Below, piece after piece: positions 24,585 to 32,000 of a stretch of DNA of 32,000 nt. Source of the DNA: Candidatus Omnitrophota bacterium. Lineage in GTDB: Bacteria > Omnitrophota > Gorgyraeia > Zapsychrales > JANLHA01. Location: NCBI GenBank assembly GCA_963662715.1, contig OY759724.1, positions 2,850,001 to 2,882,000 of the forward strand. Direction: 5' to 3'. Both the position numbers and the translations under genes were made by a program. The notes below the pieces were generated by a model. The model was not told the origin of the DNA, ran no database searches, and saw only the letters and a list, made by a program, of their open reading frames with translations. Position 1 is the stretch's first letter. Every line of letters begins with the position of its first letter.

Positions 24585-25279
24585 GAATCAGCATTATGCA
24601 ACCCGGGTATTTACCCTGGCTGGGTTTCTTTGACCTGATGGCCCGCTGTGAACTGTTTGTGATACTCGATGACGTCCGGTTTGCCCCAAGGGACTGGCGT
24701 AGCCGTAACCGGATCCGCACCAAAGACGGATGGGTCTGGTTGACGGTCCCGGTTTTATCCAAAGGCCGGGCCGGGCAAAACATTCTAGACGCTCAAATCA
24801 ATAATGATATCAACTGGCGTCATACTCATTTGAACTGTTTGAGAATTCATTATGCGAAGGCCCCGTATTTTAAGGATTACATCCGATTGTTCGAGGATGT
24901 TTACACCCGACAGTGGAACAGCCTGCTGGAGCTGGATATGGCCCTGATTTCCTCCCTGTCCCGGCAAATGAAGATTGAGACCCCTGTCATGCACTCGTCA
25001 TCTTTATCTCTTACGGATGTCTCCGGCAATGAACGTATCATTAAAATCTGTCAAGAACTGGACGCCCAAGAGCTTTACGACAGTCAGGGCGCTAAGCCGT
25101 TTATCCAAATGCCTCTATTTGAGGAAGCGAATATCCGGGTGGTTTTTCAGGATTACCGGCATCCGGAATATCAACAAGTTTATGAACCGTTTTTACCGTA
25201 TATGTCTGTCGTTGATTTATTGTTTAACGAAGGGCCGCGGAGCAAGGATGTTCTGCTGCGTGATGGCCCTTCCGGTTAA
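24581..25279 (+). CDS. WbqC-family protein
   Basis: Track ORF starts at 24536, but ATG 24581 (ATGA overlap with the GT2 stop; GGAGGGGAG SD upstream) gives MRISIMQPGYLPWLGFFDLMARCELFVILDDVRFAPRDWRSRNRIRTKDGWVWLTVPV. This is the characteristic WbqC-like N-terminus. Confidence 0.75.
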   Translation: MRISIMQPGYLPWLGFFDLMARCELFVILDDVRFAPRDWRSRNRIRTKDGWVWLTVPVLSKGRAGQNILDAQINNDINWRHTHLNCLRIHYAKAPYFKDYIRLFEDVYTRQWNSLLELDMALISSLSRQMKIETPVMHSSSLSLTDVSGNERIIKICQELDAQELYDSQGAKPFIQMPLFEEANIRVVFQDYRHPEYQQVYEPFLPYMSVVDLLFNEGPRSKDVLLRDGPSG

Positions 25280-25309
25280 AGGGTAGACAAGGAAAAGGAA
25301 GATGGTTTT

Positions 25310-27145
25310 ATGAAGAAATATCCCTGGATGCCGTTTTTCATATTATTGGCTGTTGCGTTGGGCTTTGCGGCCCCTGTCTTGAAAAACATCCATTACTGGG
25401 GCCATATGGACTGGGACCAGTTTACATTCTGGCATGCCGTCCCGCGGGAAACAATTTTAAAATACCGTCAGTTCCCGCTTTGGAATCCTTATGTCAACGG
25501 CGGAAATGTCCTGCTGGCCCATCCTCATTCGGCTTTTTTATCCCCTTTTTTTATTTGTGTTCTGATCTGGGGGCCGGTTATCGGCCTTAAGCTGGAGATA
25601 GTGCTCCATCTGTTTGCCGGGCTGACGGGGATGTACACGCTGTCGAGATATATGAAGATGAACGAACGGGCCGCTTATCTCTCTTCTTTTGTCTATATGT
25701 TAAGTTCGATTTTCCCGTTGCACTTGGGGGAAGGACAAGCCGAGTGGCTTTCCCTGGCTTTTGTCCCCTGGTTTTTTTTGTTTTTTTTGAAAACAATAGA
25801 TGCGGACATGGCCCGTCGGACGGTTACGGCTGAATCATCCGGAAGGACAGACCTTGCTTCCGGACCGGTGAGGCATGGGAATCCTTTGGCGGGAATAAAG
25901 AATTTTACGGCTGCCGTATTTTTTTTGGGCATGATTTTGGTGAGCGGGGTATATGTCTTTAACATCCTCTTCGTATTTTTGTGCTTGTATTCTCTCCTGA
26001 AATCGGTCCGAGAGAAGAGCCCGGCGCCCCTTAAAATTTTCAGCGTCATTCTCCTGGGGGCATGTTTGTTGTGCGCTGTTAAACTGCTGCCCATGCTGGA
26101 ATTTTTAAACCAGTATCCCCGGCTGATCGACCAAAAGAGCGGGCTGGGCTGGGACACATTAGGAACCATGCTTTTCAGCCGGCAACAGGCCCTTTTGGAC
26201 ATGCGTCTCTGGGAAACGGTTCTTCTTGAGACAGGGGAATATCAGTACGGCTGGCATGAATACGGAGCCTATGTCGGATTTCTGCCTTTCTTTTTGTTCC
26301 TTTACGGGGTTTTCAAAAGATATAAGAAGAACTGGCCTTTAATCCTCACCGCCGTTATCTGCCTACTGATTGTTTTGGGGGCGCGCGCTCCCGTCAATAT
26401 CTGGGGCTTCCTTCGTCATTTCCCGGTCTATAAATCCCTTACGGTACCCTCGAGATTTATTTTTTGTTTCATTTTTCCGTTTGCCTTGTTGGCGGGCTGG
26501 GGGCTGTTTTGTTTGGAATCGTATTTGCCGCAGAGGGCTAAATCATTATCCGTCATGATTGTTCTGCTGGTCCTCACGGATTTATGGCAGGTCAATGCTC
26601 CGATCTTTAAAAATGTTTTCAGAATACCTCCGGTTAAGGTGTCCAGCGCCGGAGAGTTCCGGCAGCGGTACGACAAGATTAATTTTTATGAGGATAAAGA
26701 TATCAACCGCAGTTCTCAATACCCGGTTTTCCTGAGTCATAGCGGGATTCTGGATGCTTACGAATGCGTGCAGGTCAAACGGGGCGATGTCCGTGCGCTG
26801 ACCGATCCCGGATACCGGGGGGAGATTTATTTTAAAGACAATAAGGGGGACATTTTAAGCCAACAGTTTTCTCCCAATAAAATTACCGTTGATATTGAAA
26901 CAGAAGAGCAGGATGTCCTGGTCATCAACCAGAATTATTATCGGGGATGGCGTCTCCGCTATAACGGACGTAAACAGCAGCCTGTCAGTTACAACGGGTT
27001 GATCGCGGCTTCTGTCCCGCCGGGCCGTCACCGCATAATTTTTTATTATTTGCCTTGGAGTTTCATCCTGGGGCTGGGGGTGAGTTTGGCTTTTATCGGC
27101 GGAATCCTTTTTTGTTTTATCAAAAATTCCCAATATCGGGGATAG
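25310..27145 (+). CDS. Large polytopic membrane protein, probable GT-C-fold glycosyltransferase (YfhO-like)
   Basis: 611 aa with more than 10 hydrophobic segments. N-terminal ...RETILKYRQFPLWNPYVNGGNVLLAHPHSAFLSPF resembles the YfhO-family QxPLWNPxxxxGxPxLAxxQS motif. C-terminal ~170 aa soluble domain followed by one last TM. Confidence 0.55.
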   Translation: MKKYPWMPFFILLAVALGFAAPVLKNIHYWGHMDWDQFTFWHAVPRETILKYRQFPLWNPYVNGGNVLLAHPHSAFLSPFFICVLIWGPVIGLKLEIVLHLFAGLTGMYTLSRYMKMNERAAYLSSFVYMLSSIFPLHLGEGQAEWLSLAFVPWFFLFFLKTIDADMARRTVTAESSGRTDLASGPVRHGNPLAGIKNFTAAVFFLGMILVSGVYVFNILFVFLCLYSLLKSVREKSPAPLKIFSVILLGACLLCAVKLLPMLEFLNQYPRLIDQKSGLGWDTLGTMLFSRQQALLDMRLWETVLLETGEYQYGWHEYGAYVGFLPFFLFLYGVFKRYKKNWPLILTAVICLLIVLGARAPVNIWGFLRHFPVYKSLTVPSRFIFCFIFPFALLAGWGLFCLESYLPQRAKSLSVMIVLLVLTDLWQVNAPIFKNVFRIPPVKVSSAGEFRQRYDKINFYEDKDINRSSQYPVFLSHSGILDAYECVQVKRGDVRALTDPGYRGEIYFKDNKGDILSQQFSPNKITVDIETEEQDVLVINQNYYRGWRLRYNGRKQQPVSYNGLIAASVPPGRHRIIFYYLPWSFILGLGVSLAFIGGILFCFIKNSQYRG

Positions 27146-27156
27146 GAGGGGGGAAG

Positions 27157-28650
27157 TTACCAGTAGTTGCCCAAAGGCCGCTTTTGCTCTTCGACGCATC
27201 GGAAAGGTTCGTATGTCGCTGATCTGACGAGACGGTATTTCCCGGAAGAGGCCGATCTGATATAATCCACTTCTTGAACATCGATGTCGATACGGTCCCC
27301 CAGCAGGGATTTTATGCCTTTTTTTATCTGTTCGATGTCCAGCCGGACTGAGGGATCGTCCTTGACAACTTTAAAGTCTATGGTCTCAGCGTTGCGTTGA
27401 ATGCACTGAAAAAGCTTAACGCCGGGGTAATCAAGAAAAGCACCGATCACTTCCTTTGAAGGAATCGGGGCCCCTTCCCGGCTGATGATCAAGTCCTGCA
27501 GCCGGCCTGCCACGTCCATAAGTTGACTTGTCCTTCGGCAGGCACAGGACTGGTTGTGAAATTTTCCGACGTCGCCGTGTTCGTAGCGGATAAACGGCAT
27601 GCCGTAGGAATTTAATGCTGTCACGATAATATTCGCCAGTTCTCCTTCCTGCGCTTTTTCCCCGGAATTCTTTATGAACTCGATATAACATTGCTCTTCC
27701 AGGATGTGCATCAACCCGTCGCTGTGCGGACAGGAACTGGCAATCCGACCCAGTTCGCATCCTCCGTAACTTTGAAACACAGGAGCATGAAATTGTTCGC
27801 CGATAAATTGTCTCATGGCGCGGGTGGATACCCCGGCCGTCAGGTCTATGCCTTTGCAGGCAGGGAGCCGGCAGGGATGCTTCTGCAGGTATCGGGCACA
27901 CAAATAGAGATAAACAGGGTAGCCGGTGATGATTTGAGGCCGGAATCGCTGGATCTCTTTAATATAGGCTAATATGTCATTATCTGTAAAATCCGCTTCT
28001 AATGGAGGAGGAAAACGCCGGTTGTTGATAAGACTGTTGGCGATATGCCTTTCGACAAAGATATAATACGCTTGCCTTCTGTATTTATGGCGGCTTAGCG
28101 CCATTTGCAGATATTGACGCAGCCCCACTTCAGGGCTTTGTCCGTCGGGCAGGCAGGGTTGACATTCATTGGGGGCTAACCGCAGGATAGAGTCATTCAC
28201 ATCACAGCCCATCAAATAGCGGCTTCTTAATTTTGAGGCATATTTGTAATTGATATCCTCATGATCATGCACCAGCATTAAACCGGCCCCGGTCGTCCCT
28301 GAGGTGTTTGAAAATCGCATGAATTCTTTAGGGTAATTCTGCGCGATGACATTTTTAGGGAAAAATTCCCGCAGCTCCTTTTTTGTGATAACAGGCAGTC
28401 TCCTGAAATCCTCTTCGCATCGGATGTCTGCGGGGGTGATCCCCGCCTCATCGTATTTTTTGCGGTAAAAGGGGACATTTTGGTATGCGTGGTCAACCAC
28501 CCGCATGAGTTTTGCCCAGCGTCTTTTTCTCCTGATCTCCGCCGGATCAAAATCAGCCTGGATATATTGGCCGTAATAATCCCAGCCTTTGTTGGAACTG
28601 CATTTTGCCGCAAGAGGCAGCATAATATTTTTTAAGATATATTTGCGCAT
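27157..28650 (-). CDS. Adenylate-forming enzyme of the phenylacetate-CoA ligase / coenzyme F390 synthetase / CapK family
   Basis: 497 aa. HAYQNVPFYRKKYDEAGITPADIRCEEDFRRLPVITKKELR. P-loop-like FSNTSGTTGAGLMLVHD. SYGGCELG. IRYEHGDVGKF. C-terminal SSGKYRLV. Confidence 0.75.
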   Translation of the reverse strand: MRKYILKNIMLPLAAKCSSNKGWDYYGQYIQADFDPAEIRRKRRWAKLMRVVDHAYQNVPFYRKKYDEAGITPADIRCEEDFRRLPVITKKELREFFPKNVIAQNYPKEFMRFSNTSGTTGAGLMLVHDHEDINYKYASKLRSRYLMGCDVNDSILRLAPNECQPCLPDGQSPEVGLRQYLQMALSRHKYRRQAYYIFVERHIANSLINNRRFPPPLEADFTDNDILAYIKEIQRFRPQIITGYPVYLYLCARYLQKHPCRLPACKGIDLTAGVSTRAMRQFIGEQFHAPVFQSYGGCELGRIASSCPHSDGLMHILEEQCYIEFIKNSGEKAQEGELANIIVTALNSYGMPFIRYEHGDVGKFHNQSCACRRTSQLMDVAGRLQDLIISREGAPIPSKEVIGAFLDYPGVKLFQCIQRNAETIDFKVVKDDPSVRLDIEQIKKGIKSLLGDRIDIDVQEVDYIRSASSGKYRLVRSATYEPFRCVEEQKRPLGNYW

Positions 28651-30065
28651 GATTTATTCCCGACAGCCCTGAGGATTTTCCGGGGATAATGTTGTATATA
28701 TATGATAAAACGTCTGTCTTTGTTTTTAAGAGCCAGAAGGGTCATGAGTATTATAATGAAAAAGTTGGGGATATAGCGGAATTTTTTCCAATGATTTTTT
28801 CTCTGCAAAAAAATCCTGAAATTTCGCGGCAGAAGGGGAAGGACTTTGAAATATTTTTGGAAACACGCGTTGATCTCCCTCAGTTCTCTCGCCCCGGCAA
28901 CTTCGGAGAAGAAATCTTCATGATAATCGGCATTGTCCTTGATGCCCTCCGGAGAATAATCATAGATATCCGCATGGCGGTAAAAAACCAGATTATGGCA
29001 TTTGATCCTGTTGAGATACTTCTGCCGTCCGTAAATTTCAGCCGCTTTTTTGTGATCGCCCTGCGTTTCCCCGGGTATCCCGAAAAGATGGTCCGCATCA
29101 TACATGAGCCGGTGCCGTTCACACATGGCAAAAGCCTTTAAAATATTTTCTGTCTTTTCCTCCCGCGAAAGGACTCTTTCTTTCAGCGATTCATTGAATG
29201 TCTGCACCCCGAATTCGACACAGTAGCAGCGGCTTTGTTTAAGCATCCCGGCTGTTTCGTCGTCGAAACTTTCGGCTTTGCCGAAACATTTAAAAGGCAG
29301 ACGGATATCTTCCCGGTATCGCGGCAGGTATTCTCTGAGCCAGCTTTTATTTAAGGCAAAAATAGAATCTTTATAGATGACTTCCTGAATGTCGTATTTC
29401 ACGCGGGCTGCTTTGAGTTCGGCGATGACATGAGCCGGGTCCCGTCTGCGGAAAAACTGCGGCCCGAAATTGTTCTTCAGTACGGTTTCCAGACAGTAAG
29501 AACAGCTGCACGGACAGCCTTTGCTCGTGTAAATGAGATAGCTGCTTTTAAAAGAAATGTGCCCGGAAAAAAGATCCTTGTCCGGAGGAGGCAATTCATT
29601 GAGGTCTGCCATGGCCGTAGACCGGAAGACTTTGCAGTTTTTCCCGATGTGATCGTCCCTCAGGAAAATATTAAAGGTATATTCCGGTTCTCCGATCAGG
29701 GTGAAGTCAAAATGAGGGCGTGACGGATTTTCAATATAAGACAAATAAACAGTTCTGACATCGGGGCGTTTGCGTTTTACGGTTTTCAATACATCGTTGA
29801 CCCATGCTTCATTTTGATGGATAGCGTCATAAAAGACAATCAAATCCGGGGAGGTGATGAGGAAGTTGTCCGTGAACCGCTCCATATTACGAATAAAGCT
29901 GTGAAGCCGGCGTGAAGAGATGACGTTGTCCGAAACCCCGAAAATGTCCTGGTCGTAGGCCAGAGAAGTTTTATGCCCAAACTGCTTGGCGATGGCCGAG
30001 AGGGTTTCGGTGACCACCGCATCCTGCAAAAAATACCGGCCTTTGTACAAAAATAAAATATTCAT
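28632..30065 (-). CDS. Radical SAM protein with divergent B12-binding-like N-domain (paralog 6, distant from the tandem five)
   Basis: Track ORF extends to a TTG at 30131. ATG at 30065 gives MNILFLYKGRYFLQDAVVTETLSAIAKQFGH, aligning with the MKIAFVND...GH N-termini of the tandem paralogs. Radical SAM motif TSKGCPCSCSYC. Hydrophobic C-terminal segment FFIIILMTLLAL. The stop overlaps the downstream ligase start by 19 nt. Confidence 0.75.
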   Translation of the reverse strand: MNILFLYKGRYFLQDAVVTETLSAIAKQFGHKTSLAYDQDIFGVSDNVISSRRLHSFIRNMERFTDNFLITSPDLIVFYDAIHQNEAWVNDVLKTVKRKRPDVRTVYLSYIENPSRPHFDFTLIGEPEYTFNIFLRDDHIGKNCKVFRSTAMADLNELPPPDKDLFSGHISFKSSYLIYTSKGCPCSCSYCLETVLKNNFGPQFFRRRDPAHVIAELKAARVKYDIQEVIYKDSIFALNKSWLREYLPRYREDIRLPFKCFGKAESFDDETAGMLKQSRCYCVEFGVQTFNESLKERVLSREEKTENILKAFAMCERHRLMYDADHLFGIPGETQGDHKKAAEIYGRQKYLNRIKCHNLVFYRHADIYDYSPEGIKDNADYHEDFFSEVAGARELREINACFQKYFKVLPLLPRNFRIFLQRKNHWKKFRYIPNFFIIILMTLLALKNKDRRFIIYIQHYPRKILRAVGNKSCANIS

Positions 30066-30487
30066 AACTGGTAGCTGTTGCCCCCCCTGTGCGGCTTTCT
30101 GGAAATTTAAAGGCTCCGTTAACGTTAACAATAAACGGGCTGTTTTTCAGTGAATTCGCGGTGCCCTTGAACGGGAACTGTAAAGTGCGGGCATTAACTT
30201 AAAGTTGATTTTATGATACTAAAAACAAAGACATTAAACTAGAACAAAATTTGCAATTTCAGCTCTTGCCCCTCCGCCGTGTTTCGCCTGGAAGAGTTTT
30301 CCGTTATCACAACATAGTCGAGAAAAGCCTGGAAATAAAAAACAGAATCGCTTTTGCTATTAATATTTAGTATAATATTATGACAAATAAAAATTTTAAA
30401 TATGATTCATCTAAAGAAATTATTTTCAAAGACATGAAGGATAGCGGCGATCCTAATAGCCAATGAGAGAGGAGAAATAAAGGTCAT

Positions 30488-31660
30488 ATGAAAATCACGG
30501 GGCTAACTGTTTTAAAGCTGTTGTTATGGCTGTTTGTGTGTGTTTTGATTATATCTGCCAACGAATTCCTGACCCTGAATGATACAGACGAAGTCACTCC
30601 GCAGGACCAGGCTGTTTTTAAATACCGCGAGGATTTTAAACAAAAGAAAATCCATGACCCGAAGAAGCTCCGGGAAATCCTGTACCAGCAGCTCAACCAT
30701 AAAAATATTCGGGTGAGAATGAATGCTGCTGAAGTTCTGGGTGAACTCGGGGGGGCGGGTATCCTTGAGGACCTCTGGAACATCTATCTCAGTGACGGCG
30801 GGCCTTCGATTAGAATCTCCGCTATTGCGGGTATTCTTAATCATGATACTCCGGACGGCTTGCCGTATTTGCTGCAATCTTTGTCCGATGAACACAAAGA
30901 TGCCAGGAGGAAATCCTTGTACGGGGTCTCTATCTGGGGGGATGCTTCTCACCTGGACATCCTTGAAAAAATGTTCAACGAAGAGTCTGAGTATTTGAAC
31001 CGGATCGCCGTGGCTGCGGTCATGTACAACTTCGGGGACACGGAGAAAGCGGAATATATTAAAAATGTGCTGCTCAATGAACCCGGCATCGATGTGCGCA
31101 GATATACAGCCCATCTTCTGCAGGATTACCATATCGAGATAGACAGTCAGATCGTTGTAGAAGCCCTGCAAACGGAACAGGACCCTTATGTCAGAATATG
31201 GTTGTCGGCTCTCTTGGTCGAGCGGGGTGATCAAAACGCGCTGTCCTATATAAAGAATGTTTTATCCAGCAGTGATGTCCCGGCTTTAAAATCCTGCGCG
31301 GCCCAGGCCCTGAACGCTTTATGTGAGAGAGAGTTCGCCTATCCCTACTTGCTCGATCTTCTAAAAGCGGAAGATGCCGATGTCCGGGAAAGAGCGGTTG
31401 AAGACCTGGTGGATTTCATGGAATTTCCTCTGCTCCCGGTGCTGGGCCGGGTGCTGAAGGAAGATTCGAGTATTATTGTCCGAGAGGTCGCGGCCTGGGC
31501 CATGGGGGAAAGAAAAGAGGCCGCTGCTTTGCCGTACCTGGAACCGGGACTTTATGATGAAAGCGCTTTTGTCCGGACCGGTGTTGTTGCCGCCATTTAT
31601 AAAATTCTTACCAGCGAAGGCAAGAAGCCCCGTAACGACAGGATGTGCCATTCAAAATAA
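30488..31660 (+). CDS. HEAT-repeat (PBS-lyase-type) protein with N-terminal signal/anchor helix
   Basis: 390 aa. N-terminus LTVLKLLLWLFVCVLIISA. Repeated xxVRxxAAxALGxxG-type units (NIRVRMNAAEVLGELGG, DPYVRIWLSALLVERGD, DADVRERAVEDL, SIIVREVAAWAMGERKEAAALPYL, SAFVRTGVVAAI). Confidence 0.7.
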   Translation: MKITGLTVLKLLLWLFVCVLIISANEFLTLNDTDEVTPQDQAVFKYREDFKQKKIHDPKKLREILYQQLNHKNIRVRMNAAEVLGELGGAGILEDLWNIYLSDGGPSIRISAIAGILNHDTPDGLPYLLQSLSDEHKDARRKSLYGVSIWGDASHLDILEKMFNEESEYLNRIAVAAVMYNFGDTEKAEYIKNVLLNEPGIDVRRYTAHLLQDYHIEIDSQIVVEALQTEQDPYVRIWLSALLVERGDQNALSYIKNVLSSSDVPALKSCAAQALNALCEREFAYPYLLDLLKAEDADVRERAVEDLVDFMEFPLLPVLGRVLKEDSSIIVREVAAWAMGERKEAAALPYLEPGLYDESAFVRTGVVAAIYKILTSEGKKPRNDRMCHSK

Positions 31661-31723
31661 ACATGGCGCATGAAGGAAAGAACGGCACGTGGAATTCTGT
31701 AACTTATGGAAATTTGAGGCCCC

Positions 31724-32000
31724 ATGAAACTCTCCTTAATTTTTAATCCGTTTTCCTATAAGGTTCATGAGGAAAATATAAGAGTCGTCCAGAAATATTT
31801 CGGACTGTTCCCGCCTTTGAGCCTCGCTTGGGTTGCTTCCATTGCCGAACAGGCGGGACACCAGGTTCAATTGGTTGATGCCCGCACTTTGAGACTTTCC
31901 ATGGAAGCCACGCTCGAAAAAGTCCGGGATTTTCAGCCGGACATCATGGGATTCATGATGACGACATATATGTTCCAGGACACGTTGCTTTGGATCAAGT
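31724..32000 (+). CDS. B12-binding-domain radical SAM protein (COG1032-type), N-terminal 92 codons only; continues beyond the window
   Basis: Hand translation from ATG 31724 gives MKLSLIFNPFSYKVHEENIRVVQKYFGLFPPLSLAWVASIAEQAGHQVQLVDARTL...FQPDIMGFMMTTYMFQDTLLWIK. This is the typical cobalamin-binding Rossmann N-domain of class B rSAMs. The rSAM motif itself lies outside the window. Confidence 0.6.
   Translation, partial: MKLSLIFNPFSYKVHEENIRVVQKYFGLFPPLSLAWVASIAEQAGHQVQLVDARTLRLSMEATLEKVRDFQPDIMGFMMTTYMFQDTLLWIK

Noticed and set aside
1-32000. Mobile elements, CRISPR arrays and tRNA/rRNA genes as island boundaries.
   Set aside because: No transposase, integrase or recombinase motifs appear in any long ORF. 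I noticed no direct-repeat/spacer periodicity and no cloverleaf-like or rRNA-like segments in the few intergenic regions.

Overview
Bacterial chromosomal fragment, probably from an uncultivated lineage. There is no rRNA or tRNA to place it. The left ~4.4 kb holds housekeeping and envelope genes: a partial dus on the minus strand, mtaB, a TIR-like-domain protein with a long acidic disordered N-terminus, two exported proteins and an orphan type IV pilin-like gene. A 396-bp AT-rich leader with sigma70-like promoter elements follows. Then comes a ~22.4-kb, 17-gene, tightly packed plus-strand operon (4763-27145). It encodes two DegT-family aminotransferases and one twitch/SPASM-type radical SAM (rSAM). 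It also encodes three paralogous rSAM proteins with an N-terminal CxxC...CxxH knuckle (COG1964 / Tes-GDGT-MAS-like architecture), five paralogous B12-binding-domain rSAM proteins and one methylthiotransferase-like rSAM with a short tail. The operon ends in a membrane module: a polytopic beta-propeller protein, a flippase-like UPF0104 protein, GT2, WbqC and a YfhO-like GT-C. Downstream lies a convergent two-gene minus-strand unit (PaaK/F390-synthetase-like adenylating enzyme plus a sixth B12-type rSAM). After a divergent intergenic region come a HEAT-repeat protein and the start of a seventh B12-domain protein. In total the window has 13 radical-SAM-superfamily genes, 12 of them besides housekeeping mtaB. 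I saw no tRNA/rRNA, CRISPR array, transposase or integrase. I also saw no precursor peptide, PKS/NRPS, ACP/Fab or NDP-sugar activation gene, so the substrate is not evident. The leading hypothesis is a novel envelope lipid/glycolipid (or amino-sugar/cyclitol) tailoring pathway. All functional calls come from reading motifs in the translations; no database search was possible.
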